A stretch of 62,964 bases of DNA, counting the filler, from Atractiella rhizophila (lineage: Eukaryota), in assembly GCA_021432655.1 (NCBI GenBank). It is 5 parts of 5 records of this genome, joined end to end, with 100 filler letters (N's around TTAATTAATTAA, not from the genome) between each part and the next. Parts side by side here need not be neighbours in the genome. Positions count along the whole stretch, not along the records: positions 1 to 19,696 come from MU271848.1; 4 more parts are not named here. One strand, given 5' to 3'. The notes under the pieces were generated by a model. That model saw nothing but the letters and a program-made list of their open reading frames with translations. It was not told where the DNA came from and made no database searches. How positions within the stretch are numbered: position 1 is the first letter of the stretch; each line of letters opens with the position of its first letter. Made by a program: the position numbers and the translations under genes. Of the stretch, positions 1-12,169 are shown piece by piece.

Positions 1-160
1 AGCCGTCCTCGTGCAGCTGGATCTCAGAGGCAAATCCATCACACAGAAGCTGATGGCTCGAAGGTAGCAACCTCTGCCTCGCAAGTCAATCTACCGCTCG
101 AGTTGTGAGCAGAGTCTGATGGAAAGCCCTCATATGCTCGTCAGCACATCCTCTGCGCGG

Positions 161-1400
161 TTACGTCTTGACAAACCAAGATATGACAAAGGCAGACGAG
201 TATGAAAAGAGTATCCTGACCCCAAAGAAGACTTTGAGGATCAAGACGCCCTTGTGGTGCTCAAAACTGTGAAGACATGATACGACCCACATCGATGCAA
301 ACCTCAAGCTCATAATCAATCCCTTGAACTTTGATGCAAGACTAGACATGTACACATGAAAGGCGGCCCTCAGAACACCTCTGAGACGTTATGAGGCGGC
401 CCTCGCCCCAAAGAAAGTCGAAGGAATCAATAGAACTCAGCCTCTCATGGTGCAATGACAATACTGAGATGAATCGAATGAATCACATTTATTTCTTAGC
501 CTCCAACTCTATGAACTGACCCCAAGGTACCTTGTGGGGCAATACAGAGTGCCTTTTGCAAAGATCAATAGCCTCCTTCTCCAGATCATGATCTGCAGAA
601 TCATCATACTGCCATCCCTCCTTCTCCCTCCTCCTGATGATCGCTCGAAACTGTCTAGGCGATAAACGACAGTATATCTCTATAAACATGGATTAGGCGA
701 AAATATGAAAGGAAATATGATAGAGAACGAACCTATTGGGACCACAGCAGTCAAGAAAAAGTTCTTGGACCATGCCCACACCATGGGATCGCCATAAGTG
801 GTCCTAAGACTGCCCCTGGTGCCTTGACGTTGATACCAGGCTACATGATAGGGTTCATAGCGCCTCCTACATCCAAAAATGAGTAAAATGGCGCTAATGT
901 GAGACAGGAATGGAGAGAACTCACCTCTTCTCCCCTGGATGAAGCAGAACGGGGAACTGTCCATCCATAAAGCGCACTGCAGAATTGACGATATATGAAT
1001 TCATGAGGGTGGAGAATTCATCACTGATGGGATCATAAGAGAGAACCAAGGGGACGTTCTCATTCTCTCCCATGACCCAACGCTTCACTGTGATGAAACC
1101 ACAAAGATCAGAAAAAGATAAGAAGGTACACAAGCACAGAACATACCTGCTTTTGGAAAAACATTGTGACAGAGATCATTGCCATTGAAACCGATCTTAA
1201 AAGCTTCCAAGCCATAACAATCCATGAGATCTAAAAGGATAACCAGTACTTAACAGAAGAAAGGTGTAAAGATTTGAAAAGAACACCCACCTTTCATTGA
1301 TACCTTTCCCATGACCAGAGGATCCAAAGAAATAGAGTATTTCTCTCTAACAGCATCAAACAAGGTATGAAGGGACGTCACATTGCTTCCAGACATGATG
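161..1400 (-). pseudogene. Fragmented coding-like relic of unknown family
   Basis: Several short minus-strand ORFs (161-355, 489-689, 680-964, 921-1133) are separated by intron-like GT..AG pieces and stops. No domain recognised. Confidence 0.25.
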
Positions 1401-1576
1401 GAAAGTCTGCAGATTGATGGAGAAAGGCCACACAGAGCCAGAGCAGTTTATATACCCTTCTCCCCCTGCCATATGGGGCCATCGCTTATGCAGCTTAGTA
1501 AAAGCTCCTCACAGCCTTTCAGACTGAATTTTCGACCACAAATCAATGCAGTGGAGCAGTGTGTACGCCCCACAAA

Positions 1577-1905
1577 GCAGGAGCTCCACCTATTAGCCTA
1601 ATGATCAATTAAAACCATCACACCATCCACTCAAAGACCAAGAGCCCCGCTGATGAAATGATGCAAAAAATAGGGATCCCACAGCACTGTACCATCGAAA
1701 ATGGGCGGAATAGACGGCCTCAGGACTCTCCATGACGCTTACAAATGCAGGAGCTCCACCTGTTAGCCTAATGATCAATTAAAACCATCGCACCATCCAC
1801 TCAAAGACCAGGAGCCCCGCTGATAAAATGATGCAAAAAATAGTGATCTCACAGCACTTTGCCATCGAAAAGGAATGGAATAGACGCCTCAGGACTCTCC
1901 ATGAC
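1577..1905. repeat. Direct tandem duplication, ~170-bp unit, 2 copies
   Basis: GCAGGAGCTCCACCTrTTAGCCTAATGATCAATTAAAACCATC...CAGGACTCTCCATGAC starts at 1577 and again at 1747. Confidence 0.95.
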
Positions 1906-2496
1906 CGCCCTGAATCATCCAGAGCATCCCCATTTAGCACAAGAAGCATATGATGCATTGCCGCTTCATCTTGAGGAACAGGGAAACGCAGGAGAGACAG
2001 CCCATAGAGGGGGTGTCAGGACCCTTTGAGCGACCAAAAAGGCGCCACAAAGACCACATTCCACCCTATTTCCTTCCACATAAGGACTCAACACTGCAAT
2101 GAATAAAGAAAACACAAAGAACCTCAGCCTACGCTGAAGCGCAGATAACAACTCTGCATGATGCGATGGGCAATCCCCATCAATTCCTTCACTTATAAAC
2201 CACCCAGAGCGCTTCCCAAAGAGCCCTCACCATCACCAGAACTGAAGAAGCCTTAGCGAAACAGGATCTAGCCAGTCTTGTCTTCTGGTGAAACCCCTCA
2301 TCTCACACCCCACTATCGCTCCTCCTCCTCTTGCTCCTAGTTATTTACTATTGGAAGTGAACATATCAAGAAGGGAGAAGCTACACTGTGAGTGTTTCGT
2401 CTTTGGTTCGCTTTGGAGTCCCATTTTGTTGGACTCTGATGGTTCTGCCCTCTCCTGTTGATGTTGGTCCCACCTTCATCCCTAACCCTAACCGAC

Positions 2497-3485
2497 ACTG
2501 GTGCAGAGGGGGTGTGGAAAGTACAATTTCGCTCAAAACGTCCCCAGTCGATAGGTTATCGACACTGGTGTAAAGGGGGTGTGGAAAGTGCAATTTCGCT
2601 CCAAACATTCTAATCTCTTGCTCATCACCAAAGGTGGCTAATGAGGACGTGGCGACAAAGTTCATATAAACATGCAATTACCATATGACTGAAATATCAC
2701 TCCCACAGAGGCGCTATACCTCCATATGCTTCACCTGAAAAAATGCTCCTGCAAACCACCCTCATCATTACATGTTTTACAATCTCGCGCACACTTATGT
2801 TAAAATTACTAACAGATGTGAAAATTACAAGTGGTTCAGAATAGCATAACATGCGCCTGTCTTCCTGAAAGTTTCAGCAATGATCTTGCTCATTGGCACT
2901 AAAACCATTATTGATCATCTGTTTATCGTCATGTTTGACTATAATGATTCAAAACAAGCTCTTTAATATCTCACATTTGTTCAATCATTCTTAACCTGGT
3001 TTCATTTTAATGGTATTACCATTAAACGGCTACATCATCTTGATCATTTGTCATACATTCAAGTTTGTATTTCCCCCAAATTGATTCTACCCAATTCAGC
3101 CCCTCGCTTGCAAAAGTATACATCCAATGCATGCACTACTTTCAGCAGGGTATCAATCCATCCATGTTTGTAGCTAATGTTTAGTGGCTGCCTGGCCGCG
3201 TTTCATGAAACTTTGGTTCTCAGCCCCTCTACATGAGGTGTCGATAACCTATCGACATAGGACACTTTCAACAAAATTGCACCCCTGAGACCCCTCTATA
3301 CCTGGTGCCGATAACCTATCGACATGGGACACTTTCAACAAAATTGCACCCCTCAGACCGCTCTATACCTGGTGTCGATAACCTATCGACATGGGCCACT
3401 TTCAACAAAATTGTACTCATATGACCCCTCTCTACCTGATGTCGATAACCTATCAATCTGGCGCGGTTTTGCCAAAATTGCACTT
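2497..3485. repeat. Two 67-bp-period arrays in inverted orientation around an AT-rich core (foldback/MITE-like)
   Basis: The near-palindrome GTCGATAACCTATCGAC occurs at 3240, 3307, 3374 and 3441, and its reverse complement at 2547. AGGGGGTGTGGAAAGTrCAATTTCGCTC occurs at ~2507 and ~2574, the same 67-bp period. Confidence 0.85.
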
Positions 3486-3658
3486 ATCGACAATAACGTA
3501 CAGCAAACACATTTCTAACTGTTATAAATTAATTTTGCAACTTTGAATGTACTTTGTTCAATTGGACATATATGCCAAATATGAACCAAAGCTCTCCAAT
3601 GAAGCAAGGATTTCAATATATAAGTGTTTTAAGATGTCTTAGAGAGGACATTGCCTGT

Positions 3659-5086
3659 GCCTGCGAGTGTTTATACGTACATGACAATTTGACTGGATTG
3701 TTATTCCTCTCCATGGCAGGGTTCTACCCTGGTTGACTAAGAGACAACAGTTTTGTAATGATGCTGTTTTTATTTGGGCAGGGTCGCACCTTGGGTGCCT
3801 AGGAGGCAAGGATATAGCCAGGATCCTGTTCCTGGCAGAGGCAGTGTTGCAACCTGAGCGGCATGGAGGGGCAAAGATATAGCCAGGATCCTGTTTGTGA
3901 CACACACAGGGTTGTACCCTAGGCGGCGAGGAAGCAAGGATGTAGGTGGGATCCTGTTCCTGATAGCATCAGGGTCGTACCCTGGGTGCCTAACAGGCAA
4001 GGATCTAGCCAGGATCTTGGTCCTGAAAGAGGCAGGGTTGTACCCTAGGCAGCGAGGAGGCAAGGATGTAGGCAGGATCATGTCCTGATACAGGCAGGGT
4101 TGTACCCTGGGCCGCGAGGAGGCAAGGATTCAGCCAGGATCCTGTTCCTGACATAGGCTGGGTTGTACCCTAGGCGGCGAGGAGGCAAAGATGTACACAG
4201 CATCCTGTTCCTGGCAGCATCAGGTTCATACCCTGGCTGCTTAAGAGGCAAGGATGTAGGCAGGATCATGTCCTGACATAGGCAGGGTTGTACCCTGGGC
4301 CGCGAGGAGGCAAGGATTCAGCCTGGATCTCATTCCTGAAAGAGGCAGGGTTGTACCCTAGGCAGTGAGGAGGCAAGGATGTAGGCAGGATCATGTCCTG
4401 ACATAGGCAGGGTTGTACCCTGGGCCGCGAGGAGGCAAGGATTCAGCCGGGATCCAGTTCCTGACATAGGCAGGGTTGTACCCTAGGTGCCCAGGAGGCA
4501 AGGATTCAGCCTGGATCTCATTCCTGAAAGAGCCAGGGTTGAACCCTAAAGTACCCTTAGTAGCCTGGGAGTGTTTATACGTACATGACATTTTGACTGG
4601 ATTGTTATTCCTATCTATGGAAGGGTTCTACCCTGGTTGACTAAGACCCAAGAGTTTTGTAATGATGCTCTTTTTATTGGGGCAGGGTCGCACCTTGGGT
4701 GCCTAGGAGGCAAGGATATAGCCAGGATCCTGTTCCTGGCAGAGGCAGGGTTGGAACCTGAGCGGCATGGAGGGCCAAGGATATAGCTAGGATCCTGTTT
4801 GTGACACAGGCAGGATTGTACCCTAGGCAGCGAGGAGGATGTTGGCAGAATCGTGTCCTGACACACATACGGTTGTACCCTAGGCGGCGAGGAGGCACAG
4901 ATGTAGGCGGGATCCTGTTCCCGACAGCATCAGGGTGGTACCCTGGGTGCCTAAGAGGCAAGGATGTAGCCAGGATCTTGTTCCTGACAGAGGTAGGGTT
5001 GTACCCTGGGCAGCCAGGAGGCAAGGATTCAGCCTGGATCTCATTCCTGAAAGAGCCAGGGTTGAACCCTAAAGTACTGTTAGTAG
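3659..5086. repeat. ~62-bp satellite organised as two higher-order blocks (~14 and ~8 units)
   Basis: The unit is approximately GGCAGGGTTGTACCCTAGGCrGCGAGGAGGCAAGGATGTAGGCAGGATCmTGTCCTGACATA. Both blocks start with GAGTGTTTATACGTACATGACA (3665, 4570) and end with AGCCAGGGTTGAACCCTAAAGTAC..TTAGTAG (4563, 5086). Confidence 0.95.
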
Positions 5087-5850
5087 CGAAGACGGTCTCG
5101 CTCCGCCAAAGTCCTGTTGGCATTTGTGAAACCAGGACTGCTGCAAACTCGCATTTGGATTCATATCACGAGTTTGCTCTCTCATGAGCTTGCAGTCTTA
5201 CGAGTGTGCAGCCTCACAAGTTTGCTCTCTCGCATTTGCATTCTCGCTCGTTTGCTGTCTCGTGAGAGTGCTCTGTCACGTTTGCATTCTCGCTCGTTTG
5301 CCGTCTCATGAGAGTGCTCTCTCACGTTTACAGTCTCGTAAGTTTGTTGCAGTCTCGCAAGTTTGTCACAGTCTCGCGAGTTTGCATTCTCACCAGTTTG
5401 CTCTCTTGTGTTTGCTGTCTCACGAGTTTGTTGTCCCACGAGTTTGGTCTCTCGCGCATCTGCTCCCTCGCAACTACAGGGGCACTTCGCACGTTGCAAC
5501 CCACCGCTGAACCAAACTTCACCTTTCACGACTGGAAGGCACTTCGCACGTTGCAGCCAGCCAGCGACCCGAAGTGCCGACTTCGCGACTGGTAGCGAAC
5601 TTGGCGCCCTCGCGATGAACCTCGCATGTTTGAGCAAGTTTGCTTCGGGGCTGATCCCACCTCGCGAACCATTTTGGCCGTCGCGTCCGAGCTGACGGGA
5701 CTCAACGGTGCGTTCCGTCCCGTCAGGTTAGTTCCGTCAGTGAGAGCCTCGCAACTGGGCTGACAGGACTCACCCTGGCCCTGACCCTAACTCTGTTCCC
5801 CAGCCAAATTTGACTGACGGAACAGTTCCGTCACGAAGGAATAGTAGTAG
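5087..5850. mobile_element. Putative non-autonomous element with an internal CTCGC/GAGTTTG minisatellite and a 3' hairpin + (TAG)3
   Basis: Low-complexity CTCTCGC/GAGTTTGC repeats span ~5145-5460, and TGACGG/CCGTCA motifs recur at 5690-5835. A perfect hairpin TGACGGAAC-A-GTTCCGTCA (5815-5833) is followed by CGAAGGAATAGTAGTAG. Confidence 0.45.
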
Positions 5851-5979
5851 AGCCAGGGTTGAACCCTAAAGTACTGTTAGTAGGATCTGGAATAGTAGTA
5901 GTGATGGAATGGTTCTGTTGTGAAGCAATAGTAGTAGTAGACCTAAAGTAACTTTATAAGTCTGATGCATTGCTGTTTT

Positions 5980-6918
5980 TTACAGGATTTGGATGCAACC
6001 TCCAAACTCATTGATAGCCTTGCGGACATCTCCATCAACTTTCAAATTAGCAAAGGTGTAACCCCTCATTTTCCAAACACTCAATTTTTGGAAATCATCT
6101 GGCAAATTTGCTGCCTCTCTCGCGCCACGTTCTAGAGCTGCCCAATGCACATCGTCCTTGTTAATTTTAATGAACACAACTGAAGGCTCGCCATCTCTAT
6201 TTAGGAACTTCCAAAGTGTTTTCAGTGCGAGAAGGCTAAGTGGTAGAGTTTCCGGCTCTTGATTCTTTTTGCCTTTCCAATTGTTCCTAACCCATTGCTC
6301 TGGCAATTTCGCGGTGCCTGGAAATGTTGAGTTCAAGTGCATCAAAGAATCGAAACTCACAATCAATGGCAATTTGGTTATTCGTCTCAATTTTCAGAGT
6401 TCCGCTGAAGCTAGGGAATCGGTCCAGGTGTTGTTCAAGCGCACGGATGAAGGACTACGACCTCCTGAGTTAGTCCTCTTTCACTGGCATAACTTACTTA
6501 ACTTACAAACATAACACCACGATTGTTTCCTTGGTCATTAATACAGAGGTTTTGACCAATTTGCACATCTGGAAATCGCTCTTGGATATCCAAATCCCTT
6601 TCATCGGGGCCAATAAGTTGCTTTCCTCTTTGGCAAATAAGTCAAAGATCACTGCTCGAAGAGGGACAACTCACTCATTACTCAGAAACCGGACGCAGAT
6701 TCCGTTCCTGCGGAAAGCATTCGAAGAGTTATTGTTCGCGTTGGAGGAGTGACACATCGCCTTGTGTACCACCCGCTATGCTGAGACTTTCGAACCGATC
6801 GATGAGCGTGTCGGCCATATTTGAAGCTTTGCGCGACACTCCAAAATAAGTCCCAGCAGCGAGCCGCCTGTTTTATACCCAGCACTGTGACACTTACGAG
6901 AGGCACGAACGATGACAC
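5980..6918 (-). pseudogene. Interrupted hypothetical gene
   Basis: A 136-aa ORF (5980-6390) with globular-looking composition is preceded by stop-interrupted upstream frames. No family recognised. Confidence 0.3.
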
Positions 6919-7012
6919 CTACGAGGGGCACGAGGGATCAGCGCATGTCTAGCCCCCATTGATTTGCTTTGAAGGATGACTTCATAAAGTTGAGTTCAGC
7001 TGTCTCGGCACG

Positions 7013-7027
7013 ACGCGTCCGACGCGT
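7013..7027. promoter_or_regulatory. Tandem MCB-like elements (ACGCGT x2)
   Basis: ACGCGT at 7013 and 7022, upstream of the minus-strand relic at 5980-6918. Confidence 0.3.
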
Positions 7028-8980
7028 TTTCTGTTGAGTCTTTTCGATTCCGCATTTCCAGTGTCAGCGTATTTAATTGCGCGGAGAATGAAGGTCGTGA
7101 TCCAGATCACACCGGGCATGGAGGTCTGCAATCAACAGTTAGGTCACTCGATGAGGTGAAGGTTAGGGAGAAGGAGAAGAGAAGAAAAACACGAACGCCC
7201 AGGCACCTGCGGGCGAGTGAGTACTTTGAATACGAGCGATCTGGGAGCTTTCGGTTTCAAGAGCTTAGGCACAAGCAAGCAAAGGAGCGGTTCTTGGAGA
7301 AGTGCCTGGTCGGTCACCGTATATCAGGAGAAGAGGAAAGGAGAGAGATGCTAGCGGACGGATGAACGTGATTTTATCAACCTCGACGTCGGAAGAAGAG
7401 AAGGAGCCGACAAAGAAACCAAGATGGCTTCAAGGAATGGATGGAGATCTCGGCTGAGGACCACGGCAAGATGTTGGAGTCGTATTGCTGTAAACCTCCG
7501 CTCGGGATGAGGCTGTAACACTTCCTCCACCACACCAATTGAAGCTACGAACAAACAACTGTAGAAAGGATCATTAGCGAATGAGGGAAACGGGCTAGTT
7601 CGTGCCGCCGAAAAGAGAGAGAGATAGAGAAGAAGCGGGCGAGAGGAATATTGAGATGATGGATAGTGGGAAGAAGGAGGAAAAGAAGAGGGACTGCTGA
7701 CAGCGAAGAGATAGTAGAGCGCGTCGTACGAACGAGAGCTGAACCACAGCTGGTCCAAGATACCGGAAGAAGAGTCCTCACCAGAAAGACTCAAGCGAAT
7801 GTTCAACAAGTCGAAGACTAAGGTGCTATGACTCGTAGGCGGGAGAGGATGGACGACTGTCCAACGGGTTCAAAGCCGTCGATTGAATCAACCAAACCCT
7901 CGACTTCCATGCTCGGCCAAAACAACCCGCTTTCTCGACCGCAATGCTGAGTCTCCTCTTGTCACTGCGTCCTCTTCCTCCAGTCAACAAATCCAGCTAC
8001 TGCCTCCGAACCACCACTCCTCAATAAGCGCTCTATGGACGTGCTAAATGGCAGCAATGTCCACCAGCCACGGGCCAGAAAGCGAGAGATGTCAAGAGCC
8101 GTATGCCGCCGCTGGATTGGAGAAGCAACGAGATAGTTAACTACCATAGCCGCATGGACGCCATGGATTCAGTGTTCGCAGCTCAAGAAACGACACGAAG
8201 CCCGAACGAATTATAGCAGCGTAAGAAGGACAAAGAGGAAGAGGGCAAAAAGAATATTAACCACCACGACCGTGCCTTGAGGACGGTGGCAACGTTATTG
8301 AAGTCGTGTAAAAAATGGGACAGAAAGACATTTACTGGAATAACGGTCATGGTAACCAATGGAGCTTTAGTTGTTTCGACAAGCGGGATGGTGCACTGCT
8401 TGAGCATTTCAGCATGCGAGCTCAGTATGAATATCGGACCTCGCTCCAGCCACTGTCGTACAAGGATTTGATATAGACAAGTGGCCTCGTTGCGTCCCTC
8501 GAAAATATCATGAGATCCAAGATTGAGACCAAGTCAAGTCCTTCATTTCATAAACGTTCGTGCGCGATCGTCAGAGTAATCGTGAAATACTTGCCTTGTC
8601 GACGGCTACTCCAAAGCTGAACGTTGTTCGGAGAGCGTTGTGAACTAGATGTCCAAGAATGTTCTTGATCCCGTCCCGCAGAGCGTTTCGAGATACGCTT
8701 TGAAGGAATGCCTTGAAGCGAGTTCCGAAGGTGCACCTTGGACAAGTGTCAGGGAAAGAAACGCTGGAAGTATGCTCCCTCAGAGCCTCCCAACAAGAGG
8801 ACTCAGAGCTTAAGCAGAGAGGATGTTTAGGAGGTCGAAAATATAACGGGGAAAACTGCTTGTCCACAAACCCAAGACATGAGTGAGCCGCCCTCAGTCC
8901 TTGCTCAGATGCGATGCCCACGACATGATGAGTCACTTTGTCCCTTTGCATCCTTAACCCAATCGCTTTGGCCATCTCAT

Positions 8981-9110
8981 ATGGCCTCGCAAAGACTCAT
9001 CCTCAACTGCTGGATTCGAGGCAGCCCCGCCGACCAAATCAGTAGTATCAAGATCTCCAGCACCGACACCGTCTCCCTCCTCAAGAAAGCTATAAGAAAC
9101 GATAACCCCG
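8981..9110 (+). pseudogene. Crinkler-type N-terminal ubiquitin-like domain (CR-NTD), truncated
   Basis: MASQRLILNCWIRGSPADQISSIKISSTDTVSLLKKAIRNDNP matches the CRN start pattern (LxCxxxG...xxI...TVxxLKKAI). It breaks off before the LFLAK/HVLV part. Confidence 0.7.
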
Positions 9111-10121
9111 TAGAAGGGGATCGAATGGGCGTTTTGGGTTTCATCCCTTGACTGGGGGAGATCGCGAAGTTGTTGAGCTAGTTGAGCTTCAACAGGAGAG
9201 AGCGGAGGATGGTGCTATGTTCGGCTACGATCAAGACGGATTGAGGGCAGGAGCTGAGGGAGCATGGTTGCTTCAGAGCTCAAGATCTACAACTCCTATA
9301 ACTATCACCTCAAACAAGAGAAAAAGAGGGTAGAAGGCAAGAGGGACGTCCACGCCTCCAGCCCAGCTGGTCCAGAAGCTCGTCGTCACAACCCCCAACC
9401 TTCGGTTTGTTGCGCTGATGGCGGTCGTGAGGAGGATGGCGAGGCAGACGAAGGTGCGAAGTGCTCGAGTTCCGCAGCTGCGTGGACTTGTTTTGGACCG
9501 CGTTCGGTGGACTGACTTAGGGGCGGAGGGAAAAGAGGAGATGTGGAGGTCATATCCACTTCTCAGGGACACTAAGCTCCATGGCAACAAGGATCCTACT
9601 ATCGACCAGTGTGGCAGTGAGAGGACTGGGTGCGGAGACGGTGGGAGTAGTGCTGGGTGCAATGGGCTCCCTGATCCATAGTCGTTTACTGATGCGGCCA
9701 CCTCTCGGTAAATCATCATTGAAGGATGAGGAAGCGAAACGCTTGGTCGATCGACTCGGAGGTCAATGCTTTGAAAATGATGAATGCTCTATGACTCGAC
9801 AAGTGATTGAGACCACTCAGGTCTTGTTGGCTGATTGGCATATTCAGGCATATCCACCATCGCAATAGCTGTTATCTTCTTACTCACCTGGTTACATCCA
9901 GTTCCCCAAACCGCTTTGAGATACTGTAACGTAGGAGTTAAGAGAGGCTACGAGAACTTGAGAACACGCTCTGATTTGGTACGTGACTCCAAAGTTGAAG
10001 GTTTTTGTAGTGTTTTTGTCGCGCATCCTACAACCTCACAGCCACTCGCATGATGCGAAATCCTGCTTTATGATCTTGCCTCTCAGTTACAGCACTGAAC
10101 TGTTATTTACTGCATAGAAAC

Positions 10122-11158
10122 ATGGCGACCACCGTAAGACCTCAACCACAACCCCCTGTCGAAAGCCGCGCGAGCTCTTTCGACCACGTCACGTTCTATC
10201 GACCTGAGCCTTGGGAAATCCTCATTATCCTGCCCAAGCTTGATCAGTTGTCAAGTAGTACGAATTTGGGTATCAATCACAAATTCGCGCTCGATGTCTG
10301 TCGGGTGCTGGCAAACGACTCTGGCGGACACTTTCAGAACCGAGCTAACGTTAAGATCAAGGACTCCGTCGTAACCTTGGGGGAATCCGAATACTTCTAC
10401 TACTCAGAAGGGCGTTCCAAGTATCCCGTTGTGGCTTCGTTTCGAGGATGGAAGCCGCCTGATAACCCACCAGAGCATTGGACGCAGGCTTTGGAGGCGC
10501 TATGGCCTCCCCAAGACCAGAGATCCCCCCCTCGCGCAGGTGTTCCAGCGTCTAAAATGTCAGAGATATCAAAGGCAGATGGGAAGTGTGTCATTACTTT
10601 ATGGTGTAAGCTCTCCTCTTGGTGAACTATGGCTAATTGCGACTAGCGATCGCTTCTTCTTTGCAATGTGCTCACTTGGTACCAAGAGATCAGAAAGATT
10701 GGTTTTACCATTATCGGCAGCAAAGACACAATAACCATAACGTAAACGCGGGGATCCATGACCTATCAAATGGACTCTCGCTGCGAGCCGACATTCACAT
10801 TTCGATGGATGCCAGCACATTTGTTCTGGCTCCTGTCTATGGACACATTGTTACTTACTTCCTTCGATGGGATGACCCATCGTGCGTCTCAGAATATCAC
10901 TTGCGTCTTGTCGTTCTTCCAATCCATACCTCTGTCCATCATCTATATTCTCGTTTCGCATACGCCGTCATCCAAAACTCACAAATCCAACCTGAAACGG
11001 AATATACTTTTCCCATTCCGCAGATGGCCAAAATTCCTTCCAGCACGGAGAGCAGAGGGAGCGTAGGGAGAACATCGCCTTCCTCTTTACACAGTATCGA
11101 CAAGGAAGAGCGCGAAGGTATATCCAGGCCTTTCCTTCCTGTGGCAACCCAGTACTGA
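10122..11158 (+). CDS. HNH endonuclease-domain protein (HNH_2-like), spliced; the 3' end may extend through further introns to ~11600
   Basis: Exon 1 ends ...DGKCVITLW, followed by a GTAAGC..CTAAT..TAG intron. Exon 2 reads LQCAHLVP...IHDLSNGLSLRADIHISMD, the CxIT / AHLVP / NGLxLRxDxH motif set of fungal HNH_2 proteins. Confidence 0.8.
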
Positions 11159-11783
11159 TCACTCCTTCATATAGATGCGGAAATGAAGGAAGCTAATGAT
11201 GGAAATGGCGACACGAAGGAAGCTAACGAGGAGGATGGTCTTCACGGTCGTAGGTTGTTCACTCCTTCCTTCCGCTGCTGCTGATATCAAGATGTTGGGA
11301 CGCAGATCGGTGTAGTATATACCCGAAGGTGGGAAATAGACGAATTCTCTGTGATCATTGGTTTAATATGCAGCCTGAGATCAGAGCTGTAGCTGGTGCC
11401 ATCGAAGAGGACAATGATAAAAGCGGATTAAGAGACAATGAAGTAATGGCTGATCCTAAGGAGAGGGTGGAAGAAGAAACAATGGATCATGCATCGGATG
11501 CTGGCTTCAGTCTAGAATTCAAAGCCGAAGACGCTCCGGAATATCGAGTAGAGAGATGGTCTCCAGAGTTTTTTAGGTCAAATCTCACAAATACAAGATC
11601 AACTATGTTTCTAATATATTTCCAATCGCTCAAGTATTACAGCGTTACGCCAATGCTTTGTTGAAAGGTTGAGATTTCTCGGTATGAGTTCGACTCTTTG
11701 TTTGTGCTATTGAAGTACTTTAGGGTCCAACCAGCCTGAGGGGGGTATTCAAGTGCTTCAAGCTGTTTGACGCAGGATTTTTC

Positions 11784-11990
11784 ATGACCTGTCCATCCTT
11801 ATCTGCTGGTGCAGCAAACACCACCGGCAAGCATCTATGGCTACTTCATGATCACATCTTGAAGGAATCCAAGTTTCCTGACATTATTCATCTTCAGGAA
11901 GTTCTTTCTAGCGTCCGACAATATTTCCTCGAGGATCGCAGAATATGCTGTGGCTTTCTGACGACTGACGCTGAGGACAGCACATACGTC
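11784..11990 (+). pseudogene. Endonuclease/exonuclease/phosphatase (EEP, TDP2-like) fragment
   Basis: HILKESKFPDIIHLQEVLSSVRQYFLEDRRICCGFLTTDAED contains the EEP PDxIxLQEV motif. The downstream GDxN and SDH motifs are absent. Confidence 0.55.
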
Positions 11991-12169
11991 CACAGCCAAA
12001 CATCTCCAGTGTCTGTAGGTGGATTCCCTTGGTCTCTGCTGTCCAATTATAGTATCTCAAGACTGACAATGCGGCCACAGATACAGATCTGTTGTGAACT
12101 TGGTTTAACATCAATCGCAAAGACTAGTATTATATGCAACTAACCCTGCTCAAACCTACTACTTTGCTG

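Noticed and set aside
3659..5086. Palindromic periodic repeats as a CRISPR array
   Set aside because: The units are contiguous with no unique spacers, the context is eukaryotic and there are no cas genes. The ORFs across the array are repeat artefacts.
5885..5903. TAGTG as a CACTA transposon right end
   Set aside because: Only one of the six TAGTAG junctions reads TAGTG, and I found no matching CACTACTA left end in the segment.
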